From positions 1 through 59,708 of the IMG/VR virus record IMGVR_UViG_3300017589_000117: DNA of 59,708 bases. The stretch is one strand, 5' to 3'. The DNA comes from a virus (lineage: Duplodnaviria; Caudoviricetes). Both the position numbers and the translations under genes were made by a program. Position 1 is the stretch's first letter, and the number at the start of each line of letters is the position of its first letter. Shown here in pieces: positions 37,994 through 47,098 of the stretch. A model generated the notes under the pieces. The model searched no databases, was not told the DNA's origin, and worked only from the letters and a program-made list of their open reading frames with translations.

Positions 37994-39763
37994 TTATAAT
38001 TGATTATAAATCATGTAATACGAATTGTTATTTCTTCCACTACCTTCAACATAGTCGTATTCAATTTTTAAGTTATTCAATTTATTAATAACTCTGTTGT
38101 TCTCAATTCTTGAATATTTGAAAACATCAATTGACATAACATAACTATCAATAACATTCATTCCATCAACAAGTTTACTGAAAAGAGAGATTTCATTTAA
38201 TAAGTCAGTTCTTTCAGAATCATCAATAATAAGATATTCATTCTTACAATTACAATCTTCAATAACCTTCTTAATAAATCTCTTGTCATAATCATCAGTG
38301 AAGTAGATGATTAAAGGTAATGTATCTCTTGCACAAGTTCTGTAAATACATTGAATTATTAAAGACTCTGTATAATCTTCTGAAACTAATTCTGTTCCAG
38401 CAATTATGTTCATCTCTTTAATTGATTGATTTGGAATAAAGAACTTTCCCAGAACAATTAATACCTCATCAGATTTAAACTCAGATGTTACTCTCTCCAT
38501 ACCAGACATGTAAGAAATAAGATCTACTTTATCTTTGTACTTAATTGTGTCTTTTATGAGATCTAGTAAATAATTGTTTTCCTCATCTACTTCACTAAGT
38601 TTCTTACCCGTTTTCCATGTATATACCAAAATTCTTTTATTTTTATTATCTTCACAGACTTTATCAATTAATTTTGAATAATATTCTGCTATTTCAGTTA
38701 CCTTGTTAGTTCTTTTAATCTCATTCTTAAGAATAAAGACACTATCAACAGTTAACTTTCTTTCAAACTTATTATCAATGGTTCCAAACTTTGAAGATTC
38801 CTTAAGAAGAATATCACTGACACCATCAAAAATATAAATGTTGTCAATTAAATAGTCATTGATAGAATAATACAGTTTGTCATCTTTGGTCTGTTCTTCA
38901 AACGGAGTATCTTTAAGGTAAGAATCTAATTTCTCCAAAAAGAAACTTGTGAAGTAACCAAGTCTTACTCGATTAATCTCTGATTTATTATCGGACAGTC
39001 CTCTTTTCTTATCATTATCAAATGAATATTTTGCAACTGGTAATGAGCAGTCAAGTTTATTAATTGCTTCTGTTCCAATTGGGTTAAGAAGTAATTCTTC
39101 ATCATAGACATCTTTCAGATATTGATTTCTAAGAACATGTTTCTCTTCATTATCTTCAACCATGTTAGAACCACAGATTGTATCAAAATATTGTAATGGT
39201 GACAGATCTTTAACATAAATTGAACGATACAAGCTTACAGGATACTCATCAATGAACAAGAATTTTCTGTATGCTCCAACTCTAAATGGATATGACATCG
39301 CATCAATAGTCATTAAGATTGTTGGTGGTTCAATGAATAATCTGTTATGTGTACATAAAATCCAAGATGAATCTCTTAATTTAGAGACCGTTACATCAAG
39401 TGAACTATGATATCTTACAACAGTTGAAGGACTTAATCTTCTTTTCTTTAAGAAGAAGTGCTGGCTTTGAATATCATAATACATGGCATCAACATCAACA
39501 ATTAGTTCTGTCGAGAATACTCCTCGTTTGTAAGCATTCTCAACAATGAATCTCCGAATTGCTGCAGTCTTTCCAGCACCACATGTCCAAGGTATTGAAA
39601 TTCTACCTCCTGGCAAGTCTTCTATGTCTTTATATGAAGCAGATCCTGACTCTTCTAATTCTTTGTCAAGTTCTGTTAACCATCTTCCTCTTTTCTCCAT
39701 GTCATGTAACAACATTGCATTTATCTCGTTGTCCTTATTTATATTCCATTTGTAGTCTTCCAT
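37994..39763 (-). CDS. SF2-helicase-like protein, putative origin-binding protein
   Basis: TCGAGKT Walker A, LFIDE Walker B, QCIYR motif VI-like, extra C-terminal domain; ATG 39763 after GGGAGG. Confidence 0.6.
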   Translation of the reverse strand: MEDYKWNINKDNEINAMLLHDMEKRGRWLTELDKELEESGSASYKDIEDLPGGRISIPWTCGAGKTAAIRRFIVENAYKRGVFSTELIVDVDAMYYDIQSQHFFLKKRRLSPSTVVRYHSSLDVTVSKLRDSSWILCTHNRLFIEPPTILMTIDAMSYPFRVGAYRKFLFIDEYPVSLYRSIYVKDLSPLQYFDTICGSNMVEDNEEKHVLRNQYLKDVYDEELLLNPIGTEAINKLDCSLPVAKYSFDNDKKRGLSDNKSEINRVRLGYFTSFFLEKLDSYLKDTPFEEQTKDDKLYYSINDYLIDNIYIFDGVSDILLKESSKFGTIDNKFERKLTVDSVFILKNEIKRTNKVTEIAEYYSKLIDKVCEDNKNKRILVYTWKTGKKLSEVDEENNYLLDLIKDTIKYKDKVDLISYMSGMERVTSEFKSDEVLIVLGKFFIPNQSIKEMNIIAGTELVSEDYTESLIIQCIYRTCARDTLPLIIYFTDDYDKRFIKKVIEDCNCKNEYLIIDDSERTDLLNEISLFSKLVDGMNVIDSYVMSIDVFKYSRIENNRVINKLNNLKIEYDYVEGSGRNNNSYYMIYNQL

Positions 39764-39779
39764 TGTCCTCCCCTTAGTT

Positions 39780-40004
39780 CTATCTTTTTGAATACGTCTT
39801 TTTGTAATCTTTACTCTCACGATTGAAATTATTTATAATATCTTCAACCTTCTTCTTTTTATTAACCTCAGCAACTTCTTCCTTATGCTTAAGTTCATAT
39901 GCATTCCATTCTGTACAGACAGTTCTTCCAATAATTGCACAGACACGTCTTCTTACACAGTCCTGACCATTTGAATAGCATGGTGCTTTTGTCATAGTTA
40001 ACAT
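39780..40004 (-). CDS. small Cys-containing hypothetical protein
   Basis: PCY...C....C.......C..W; RBS AAGGAG. Confidence 0.6.
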   Translation of the reverse strand: MLTMTKAPCYSNGQDCVRRRVCAIIGRTVCTEWNAYELKHKEEVAEVNKKKKVEDIINNFNRESKDYKKTYSKR

Positions 40005-40115
40005 TTCTTATAATGCTCCTTTAAATTATGTTTTGTACAAAAGAAAGTAAATTTATCATTATCTTGACTTCTGAGCGACTATTACAGTCTCTCAATAATA
40101 TTTTCCGAATACCTG

Positions 40116-40463
40116 TTAGGCTAGATTTCCTTCAGAGTCATAGACTTTATCTGGATCTTGTAAATCTGCTTCTTCATTAAAGATTGAACCAAACCAGTCA
40201 AATTCCTGGAAGTAAGACCCATACTCTTGAACCTTCTGTAGATGCTTTGTATCACAAATCTCAAGATATTCTTTCACAACTCTTTTTAGTAAGTTGTTCG
40301 TCTCATATTCCATTCCTTCTTTTCTAATCTCTTCTGTTACTTTGTCCCCAAGAAGACTCTCACAGTCTGAAATCGCAACAAAGAGACTATTACTTGTCTC
40401 GTTTAATCTAACAGCATATAATTTAATCTCTTCATCTGTAAATCTTTTTGTTTTATTACTCAT
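40116..40463 (-). CDS. hypothetical protein
   Basis: Start moved to the ATG after GAGGAG. Confidence 0.6.
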   Translation of the reverse strand: MSNKTKRFTDEEIKLYAVRLNETSNSLFVAISDCESLLGDKVTEEIRKEGMEYETNNLLKRVVKEYLEICDTKHLQKVQEYGSYFQEFDWFGSIFNEEADLQDPDKVYDSEGNLA

Positions 40464-40806
40464 TTGGAAACTCCTCTCTATAATCAATACAATTTTCTGT
40501 GGATAATGCTTCAATAACGATGAAGTAAAAATATTTATTTCTTCCAGCAGTGATAAAATTCTTCATTTCTTCATGAGACTCAAATCTTTCAGTCTTCACA
40601 TCATTAAATGGTGGTCCATGAGCTGGTATCTCGTAGACTAATAAAAAATCCTTAGGTATTTTACAATTCTGGATAAAATTATAAGTATCTTTAAACATAA
40701 TACATGCCTTACAGTTAGTAATAGGTTTGATAGCAGGATCTTTCTCTCCTTTACAGAATGGGAATGTCTCAGCATTGTGGGTGTAACAAGTTGGTCTTGC
40801 ACTCAT
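40456..40806 (-). CDS. hypothetical protein with N-terminal Cys motif
   Basis: PTCYT...FPFCKG...CKAC. Confidence 0.6.
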   Translation of the reverse strand: MSARPTCYTHNAETFPFCKGEKDPAIKPITNCKACIMFKDTYNFIQNCKIPKDFLLVYEIPAHGPPFNDVKTERFESHEEMKNFITAGRNKYFYFIVIEALSTENCIDYREEFPNE

Positions 40807-41168
40807 TCTACTTCCTCCCCAGTGATACAGTCATCATAAGCTTGTTCAATCATATTTTCGTACAAATTGCACTTATGACATTCCATTATTGGCATTACAC
40901 ACAAGTCATTCATTCCTACACACAATGGATAATCTTCATTATTTGATGTGTAACAATATGGCTCGCCAACAATTTTGTCAGTGGTATGTTGAATTAATAT
41001 ACAATCTTGTCCAGAACCAGCAACTTCTATATAGTCACACTCAGAGAAAAGCATTTTTAACATTATCTCCCATCCTGGTTTTAGTTTAAAACTGTGTAAA
41101 TCCTCAAGAATATACTTAATATGACCAACGCTGTCAGAACTTCTTATTACATTAGTTGACACATTCAT
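40803..41168 (-). CDS. hypothetical protein with C-terminal Cys motif
   Basis: PYCYT...YPLCVG...CHKC. Confidence 0.6.
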   Translation of the reverse strand: MNVSTNVIRSSDSVGHIKYILEDLHSFKLKPGWEIMLKMLFSECDYIEVAGSGQDCILIQHTTDKIVGEPYCYTSNNEDYPLCVGMNDLCVMPIMECHKCNLYENMIEQAYDDCITGEEVE

Positions 41169-41180
41169 TTTATTTCTCCT

Positions 41181-41378
41181 TTACTGTTGTAATTTTTCTA
41201 GAATCTTGATCATCAAATTAATATCGTCCTCACTAACAATACAAGAATGACCATGAACAATTTGAAGATTATTGTAAAATTCTTCAACCTCTGGAATACT
41301 CTGAATCTCGTAAGCACTTATATTATACTTATCATTTAACTCATTTATCTTCTTGTACCCTTCTCTTGATAATGTCAT
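41181..41378 (-). CDS. hypothetical protein
   Basis: RBS AAGGAGG. Confidence 0.6.
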   Translation of the reverse strand: MTLSREGYKKINELNDKYNISAYEIQSIPEVEEFYNNLQIVHGHSCIVSEDDINLMIKILEKLQQ

Positions 41379-41390
41379 AATTATCCTCCT

Positions 41391-41540
41391 TTATTTATTT
41401 AACAACTCAAACATATCTCTAAGACCTTTTAGATATCCTCTTTGTCTGCTAGACTCAATTTTACCATATTCATATTTATTCTCAGACATTGCTTTAAGTG
41501 TTTCATCAGCAATCTCAATTAGATTTAATGCTTCTTCCAT
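41391..41540 (-). CDS. small hypothetical protein
   Basis: Not in ORF track; MEEALNLIEIADE...GYLKGLRDMFELLNK (alternative start 41558). Confidence 0.5.
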   Translation of the reverse strand: MEEALNLIEIADETLKAMSENKYEYGKIESSRQRGYLKGLRDMFELLNK

Positions 41541-41572
41541 CTCCCCAATTCCTAACATTTATTGTCTCTCCT

Positions 41573-42031
41573 TTAGTATAATTCACGTTTATCTAATAAG
41601 ACTAATTTTGATTTCCATTTAGAAGGAACAGGTTCGCACTGTGAATACTCCCATTCATCTACAACTATTGATAGAGTAACTTTAAACAGATTATCTATAT
41701 CACCAATCAGAAACTCTTCAGATGCATTTCTGAAAGATAAGACTTTTGATGTTCTTGCTTTTAACGACTGAACTCTTGTGAATGGCAAGATCTTGTATCT
41801 TCTTGATAGAACTTCACGTTTGAAGATAAATTTAGCATTTGTACAGTCTTCCATGTAATTATAATTACGTGTAAGACTAATGCCAGATTTTGATTCTCCA
41901 TCAATCCAAAAGTCACCTTTGTGTGTTGTAAGACCAGCAAGCTTATTATCAGATAAGATCTTGCTTAAGCTGTAAACTGATGTATTGTGATACAATAAAT
42001 TACCATTAGCATTCTCAACTACTTTTATCAT
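41573..42031 (-). CDS. hypothetical protein, possible ADP-ribosyltransferase-like fold
   Basis: LYHNT...IL...L, ISLTR and late SEE pattern (H-S-E triad). Confidence 0.45.
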   Translation of the reverse strand: MIKVVENANGNLLYHNTSVYSLSKILSDNKLAGLTTHKGDFWIDGESKSGISLTRNYNYMEDCTNAKFIFKREVLSRRYKILPFTRVQSLKARTSKVLSFRNASEEFLIGDIDNLFKVTLSIVVDEWEYSQCEPVPSKWKSKLVLLDKRELY

Positions 42032-42050
42032 ACTATCTCCTTTTTCTTCC

Positions 42051-42089
42051 TTAATACAATTAACAACGTTATTGTTGGATAAAAACAGC
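42051..42089 (-). promoter_or_regulatory. phage promoter motif
   Basis: GCTGTTT-N14-CGTTGTTAATTGTATTAA. Confidence 0.75.
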
Positions 42090-42149
42090 TTATATAGATT
42101 AAGGTCAATACAATATTTTCACATCGCATTGACCTCAATAAAACTATTC

Positions 42150-45104
42150 TTATTCTACTCTTAAGTCATTTGTAATTCCAATATCTTTCAGCAAAGAAGC
42201 TTTACCTTCTGAGGTTCCAAGCAAGAAATTAAAATGTTCAATATCGCTTGGATATTCTACTTGAGTGAGTTGCCTTGAATCAGGACTCATACAACAGAAT
42301 TTATATTCATCGTCATCCATTTCTCCAAGTCCTTTATACCTTGTGAACTTGGTATTACTTGGGATCTCATTACGATCATTTGAATAATGGTAACCAACCT
42401 TATCTTGCCAACCATACAATGGTGGTTCAACTATATAAAGTCTACCATCCTTTACAATATCTGGGAGCATATTAACGAATGCAGATAGAACAAGACAAAC
42501 AATATTTTTACCATCTTCATCAGCATCACTGTTAATAATGATTTTGTCATATCTTGATTTTGAACTGTCACATTGAGAGCCAATTCCACATCCAATTGCA
42601 TTTACAATATTACAGATCTCTTGTGACTTGATTGCTTCTTTAGGAGACATATTTGTAACATTCTTTATTTTACCTCTCAATGGTAAAACTGCTTGAATAA
42701 CTTTGTTTCTTGCACGTGCTGCAGGTCCACAGTTGTGTGCTATTAATCCGTTAGATAACATAAAGTTTTCAGAACCATCAACAGTCATACAATAAACAGG
42801 TGTTGGTTTATCATAATTGTAATAAGTAATGTTAACAACAGATAAATTATAGTTTATTGAGTATTCTATTGCTTGGTTATACGAATCAAAAGATTTTAAT
42901 ATGTTCTCATATGTTGGAATTCCACATTTTGGATTAAACTCAGTTAGTTTTACCATTGTGTAATTCTCTCTGGTAATATCTAGATTTAATTCAATACATC
43001 TTTTTATTACTTTTGTAATCCTTGATCTAACTCTTGTTAAATTATGTTCTTTGTTTTGATTACTTTTTACAACCATTTCATTGAATTTTTCTTTATGTTC
43101 AACAGTGTTAGCTCTTTTAATAAGATCATCATGATGTTTTTGAGAGCTATTATACCCATTTGTATTAAATGTAGCATTCTTATATTTACCATCTTTATGA
43201 GCTTTTATGAGTTTATCTCTATGTTCCTGAGTTTTGTTCATAGCAATTGTAGTTTTTCGAGCTTTGTCTGATTTGTTATACTTTGTTATTGTTTTTGTAG
43301 CAAATCTTGAGTGGTAAATAAAATGAGAATAATGACCCATCCATTCTAAGAAATCTGGATCATTGTTTAATTTGCCATCTTTATGATGTACAACAGGATA
43401 TTTATCTCTATAATCATATCTTAGACCTTTCAACTGTTTAGATAGCACATTATTAGCTACATTCTTATGAACAGAAATCCACTTGCATTGGTCGTTATCA
43501 TAGTACTCTTCATAGCCTTTAGCATTTATTCTTCTTTTTATGCTAAATAATGATTGTCCTATTTTTAACTCGTCAGCTCTTATCCATTTTCCTGTATCTC
43601 TATTAATATACTCGTGTTCATGTGTACATCTAACAATTGATCCATCTGACATCTTTAGTTCAATTATGCCATTAACATACTTTGTAACTCTTGGGTTTCT
43701 GCCAAGCATTGGTTTGAAGTTCATATTCTCTGAAGAATATATCCAGCATTCTTTTATTCCTTCATTAACCATTTGTTCAAAAGTTTTTACTGATCCATTT
43801 AGCAATGTTACTTCAGTATCTCCTGTAAAACAGGCTGAGTCTCCTTCCAAGATATATAACTCAGTTCCAACTCGACTTTTTTGAGTGCATTCAATTAACT
43901 TTGGAACAACAGATCTTCTTCGAATGCTATCAGGACTATCCTCATTAATCTTTATCATACTACTTATTTCTTTTCTGGCAAGTAGTTTATTCTGAGACAT
44001 CCGATATTCTTCAAATCTCTTTATTAAAGACATTGAGATATCTTTATTAGAATCAAGAACATTACGCATCTCTACCTGAAATGTTAACATAAGATCTGAA
44101 AAGTATGATTTATCAACAGTTAATTTATCTTTTGTCTGAGAAGAGAACTCTGGTTTTGAAATAAAAACAGCACAAACAGTTCTTACTCCAATTAGAAAAT
44201 CATTGTTTCTAAGTTCTACTTCCAGTTTTATTTTCTTATCTGAAATAAATTTCTTCCAGCATTCTATAAGTGCTTTGTTAAGCTCGTTTACGTGAACCCC
44301 ACCAATAGAGTTATAAAGCATGTTGGTGTATCCAAAGTGTCTTGAATTTGTTTCTGATGTATACCTTAGTGCAACTTGCATAAACTCTCCATCAGTGGAA
44401 TCAACTCTTATCTTTTCGAACTGAGCATAAGTGGTTAATTCTTCTTCATCTTTTGGAATTAGGTCAAACATGTCAGCTTCAACATTTATTTCTTCTTTGT
44501 CTACAACTAATTCTGTCTGATATCCAAGTGCAGATGCAGTTTTACACCTGTTAACAATGAAATCAGTCGGGATAATATGTGAACCGAACACGTCTCTACT
44601 TGGAATAAAAGAGATCTCAGTTCCGTTCTTACCTTTATGTGAGTTATAAAGAATATCCTGAATGACACCATCCTTGCTCAATAATTCAACAGACTTTTTA
44701 TCTCTGAAAGATTTGATATTCAAACTTTCTGACAATGCATTTGTAATTGTAAGACCTAAGCCATGAAGACCACCAGATATCTTGTAACTATCATTATCAA
44801 ATTTACCACCACTGTTAGATTTGGTACAAAGAATTTCAACAACTTCAACCATCTCCCCATTAAGATCTTTCTTACCATGGGGTATTCCTCTTCCATAATC
44901 TCTTATAGAATACTGGTTTTCCTTAGAATCAACATTAACAGTAAGCTTGTCACTGAAGCCTGTCATAATCTCATCTATCGCATTATCAAAAGTTTCATTG
45001 AATAATTGACTTGGGTCTTTTCCATCTCCAATATACATTCCCGATCTTATCTTTATATGATCAATATCTGACAGAACTCTTATTGCTTCTTTATTGTACT
45101 TCAT
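42150..45104 (-). CDS. gyrB: type IIA topoisomerase subunit B (GyrB-like), intein-containing
   Basis: R.GMYIG, ETFDNAIDE, DYGRGIP, GGLHGLG, EGDSA, PLRGKI, DADEDG, RYKGLGEM. Confidence 0.93.
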   Translation of the reverse strand: MKYNKEAIRVLSDIDHIKIRSGMYIGDGKDPSQLFNETFDNAIDEIMTGFSDKLTVNVDSKENQYSIRDYGRGIPHGKKDLNGEMVEVVEILCTKSNSGGKFDNDSYKISGGLHGLGLTITNALSESLNIKSFRDKKSVELLSKDGVIQDILYNSHKGKNGTEISFIPSRDVFGSHIIPTDFIVNRCKTASALGYQTELVVDKEEINVEADMFDLIPKDEEELTTYAQFEKIRVDSTDGEFMQVALRYTSETNSRHFGYTNMLYNSIGGVHVNELNKALIECWKKFISDKKIKLEVELRNNDFLIGVRTVCAVFISKPEFSSQTKDKLTVDKSYFSDLMLTFQVEMRNVLDSNKDISMSLIKRFEEYRMSQNKLLARKEISSMIKINEDSPDSIRRRSVVPKLIECTQKSRVGTELYILEGDSACFTGDTEVTLLNGSVKTFEQMVNEGIKECWIYSSENMNFKPMLGRNPRVTKYVNGIIELKMSDGSIVRCTHEHEYINRDTGKWIRADELKIGQSLFSIKRRINAKGYEEYYDNDQCKWISVHKNVANNVLSKQLKGLRYDYRDKYPVVHHKDGKLNNDPDFLEWMGHYSHFIYHSRFATKTITKYNKSDKARKTTIAMNKTQEHRDKLIKAHKDGKYKNATFNTNGYNSSQKHHDDLIKRANTVEHKEKFNEMVVKSNQNKEHNLTRVRSRITKVIKRCIELNLDITRENYTMVKLTEFNPKCGIPTYENILKSFDSYNQAIEYSINYNLSVVNITYYNYDKPTPVYCMTVDGSENFMLSNGLIAHNCGPAARARNKVIQAVLPLRGKIKNVTNMSPKEAIKSQEICNIVNAIGCGIGSQCDSSKSRYDKIIINSDADEDGKNIVCLVLSAFVNMLPDIVKDGRLYIVEPPLYGWQDKVGYHYSNDRNEIPSNTKFTRYKGLGEMDDDEYKFCCMSPDSRQLTQVEYPSDIEHFNFLLGTSEGKASLLKDIGITNDLRVE
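42732..43832 (-). mobile_element. intein (367 aa) with HNH endonuclease in GyrB
   Basis: EGDSA|CFTGDT...CTHEH (block B)...VHHKDGKLNN (HNH)...VYCMTV...IAHN|C. Confidence 0.93.
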
Positions 45105-45331
45105 TAAAAACTCCTAAATTCCAACACATAATGATATAAACTCGGATCTTTTTCATCTCTATAGATATTAGTTGTGTCTGTAAGTCTCCATCTCATTGCC
45201 ATACTTCTGTCACTAATTCCCATTTGAATTAACACTTCTTCAACATCTTCTTTTCTGTCTGGTTCAATATTCGTACAGACAATCATAAAACATGGTTGTC
45301 TTTTTAAAATTTTTACGAAATCTTCATTCAT
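45104..45331 (-). CDS. hypothetical protein
   Basis: RBS AAGGAG; coupled to gyrB (TAATG). Confidence 0.65.
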   Translation of the reverse strand: MNEDFVKILKRQPCFMIVCTNIEPDRKEDVEEVLIQMGISDRSMAMRWRLTDTTNIYRDEKDPSLYHYVLEFRSF

Positions 45332-45365
45332 CGTTTTACTCTCCTTTTATTAGTATTAATTGTTA

Positions 45366-45404
45366 CTGACAACATTAACAACGTTATACTTGCCAAAGAT
45401 TGTA
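45366..45404 (-). promoter_or_regulatory. partial phage promoter motif
   Basis: AACGTTGTTAATG core present; upstream GATGTTT absent. Confidence 0.45.
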
Positions 45405-45511
45405 AAAATATTTGTGAATTCGTATAAAGACCAAGATCACACTTACCTGCAACACCAAGTCCCAGGATAAATCCTGAGACAAATAAAATATTTTTTAGTG
45501 TTTTCATTTTA

Positions 45512-46111
45512 TTAACAACCCAACATTAAGGATTTTAAATTATTCTTAATTCCTCTAGCAGAACCAGAATTTACACCAGTTTTGATTTTCAAGAATACTT
45601 TTAAAATCGTGTCATCTAAGATTTTGGAGTCGTTATCGATTTTTTCTTTTTCTGTTTCTTCTAAAGCATTGTACAAGTTTTCGTATTTTTCTTTCAAGCA
45701 TTCCAAATTTCCTTTTAAGTAACCCTTTACTATTACGAAGTTTCTTTCTTTTTCTGGGAGAGCTTCAATTAGTTCTAAGATTTCCAAAGCAGAGTCATCA
45801 ATTTTAGTAGTTGGGTCTGACATATTACTTTCTACAAATACTTGTCCAATTGGGTCGCTGTAATCTACATTTCTTAAACAATCATTTTTTCTACCACTTG
45901 CTCGGATGATATCAATTGCTTTGTTTTGAGCAACTTTTACTGCTAACCCAAAACTCTCAATTGGACTCTTTTGATCTAGCTTAAATAAGTGAAGCCATAT
46001 TTCCTGAACCATGTCCTCGAATTCCACGTGATCCGAATTTCTTGAAGCCTTTCGTGAAATATTTACTACCACTTCTTCTAGTTCTTTTAAGTCCAAATTT
46101 TCTTTTAACAT
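45512..46111 (-). CDS. phage RNA polymerase sigma factor (sigma70/ECF-like)
   Basis: EDMVQEIWL...NKAIDIIR (region 2); IEALPEKER.F (region 4 start). Confidence 0.85.
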   Translation of the reverse strand: MLKENLDLKELEEVVVNISRKASRNSDHVEFEDMVQEIWLHLFKLDQKSPIESFGLAVKVAQNKAIDIIRASGRKNDCLRNVDYSDPIGQVFVESNMSDPTTKIDDSALEILELIEALPEKERNFVIVKGYLKGNLECLKEKYENLYNALEETEKEKIDNDSKILDDTILKVFLKIKTGVNSGSARGIKNNLKSLMLGC

Positions 46112-46169
46112 TTTGTAGATCTCCTTAGTTTTTATTTGGTGGTTTTTAGTTCGCCACCCCTGTAACCTT

Positions 46170-46198
46170 ATTATAAACTAAGTTGCCATAAAAAGCAA
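46170..46198 (-). promoter_or_regulatory. host sigmaA-type promoter for the phage sigma gene
   Basis: TTGCTT-17 nt-TATAAT with an AT-rich UP-like tract upstream. Confidence 0.7.
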
Positions 46199-46322
46199 AA
46201 CATTTTTTAAATATTTTCAAAATATTTTTAACGTTTTACCCTTATTATAGGAAAGTACTTAGTTATTATGGCATAAACAGCGTTAAAACGTTGTTTCAGA
46301 GCAGTATAATTATTATTCTTTT

Positions 46323-46361
46323 GATGTTTTTGTTTAGTCTTAGCGTTGTTACTTGTATAAG
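46323..46361 (+). promoter_or_regulatory. phage promoter motif
   Basis: GATGTTT-N14-CGTTGTTACTTGTATAAG plus TAAGGGTT/AACTCTTA hairpin. Confidence 0.8.
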
Positions 46362-46393
46362 GGTTATAAACTCTTAAATAAAAGGAGGACAAA

Positions 46394-46570
46394 ATGAAGT
46401 CTGACAAAGAAAGATTAAAGATTTTAGAAGAGGGTTTGAAAGAAATGATTGACATGGTTAAGAGTGACTTAGAGATGGCTAGGAATTTCCCAGCAATAAT
46501 GATGACTCTTGATAAGTATATGGAAAACGAGTTGGAAGATCTAAATTCTTTGTTGGAGGAATCTAAATGA
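46394..46570 (+). CDS. small hypothetical protein (58 aa)
   Basis: Not in ORF track; RBS AAGGAGG, ATGA overlap with next gene. Confidence 0.65.
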   Translation: MKSDKERLKILEEGLKEMIDMVKSDLEMARNFPAIMMTLDKYMENELEDLNSLLEESK

Positions 46571-46869
46571 AAAATCTGTTAAACCCTATTGAAGTCGGGG
46601 ACATTTTAGATGTTGCTGGAAATGCTTATTTTCTTGGGTTTCGTGGTGAACTTGAAGTAATTGCAAAAGCAGAGAATTCAAGAGTCTTAGATTGGAATGT
46701 CCCAGAAGACATCTCAACTGGTATTGGTACAGCCTTTATAGGAAGATATGTAAAGGACGATCCTTCTGGAGAATGGTCAGTTGGAGAGAGAATAAAATTT
46801 GACATTGGAACTCTAAATGTTGAAGCAACAAGATTTGTTAACAAGAGTGAACTAAATGAAAATGGATGA
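46567..46869 (+). CDS. hypothetical protein
   Basis: RBS GGAGG. Confidence 0.65.
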   Translation: MKNLLNPIEVGDILDVAGNAYFLGFRGELEVIAKAENSRVLDWNVPEDISTGIGTAFIGRYVKDDPSGEWSVGERIKFDIGTLNVEATRFVNKSELNENG

Positions 46870-47053
46870 CATTGTAAGATGTAAATACTGTGGTGAATTT
46901 GAGTACTATGGTGAAATGAGATGGTTATCTGGAAAGTGTTGTTGTCGTGACTGTTACAAAGCAGATTATGAATATGCTAATAAGACAGCTTATGAATGGG
47001 ACGATCTTGATGGACATAGACCAACTCTAGAGGATTTCAAGAAACAAGAATAA
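46856..47053 (+). CDS. small zinc-finger protein
   Basis: CKYC...CRDC. Confidence 0.65.
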   Translation: MKMDDIVRCKYCGEFEYYGEMRWLSGKCCCRDCYKADYEYANKTAYEWDDLDGHRPTLEDFKKQE

Positions 47054-47055
47054 TT

Positions 47056-47075
47056 GGGGATGAAAATCCCCTTTT
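47056..47075 (+). terminator. intrinsic terminator
   Basis: GGGGAT-GAAA-ATCCCC-TTTT. Confidence 0.7.
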
Positions 47076-47098
47076 AAATATAACAAGAGGAGAAATAA

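Noticed and set aside
4415-45005. Plus-strand ORFs of the track inside the minus-strand arm (e.g. 10703..11206, 15209..15652, 30252..30581, 43540..43884)
   Set aside because: Antisense shadows of well-supported genes, with no recognisable motifs
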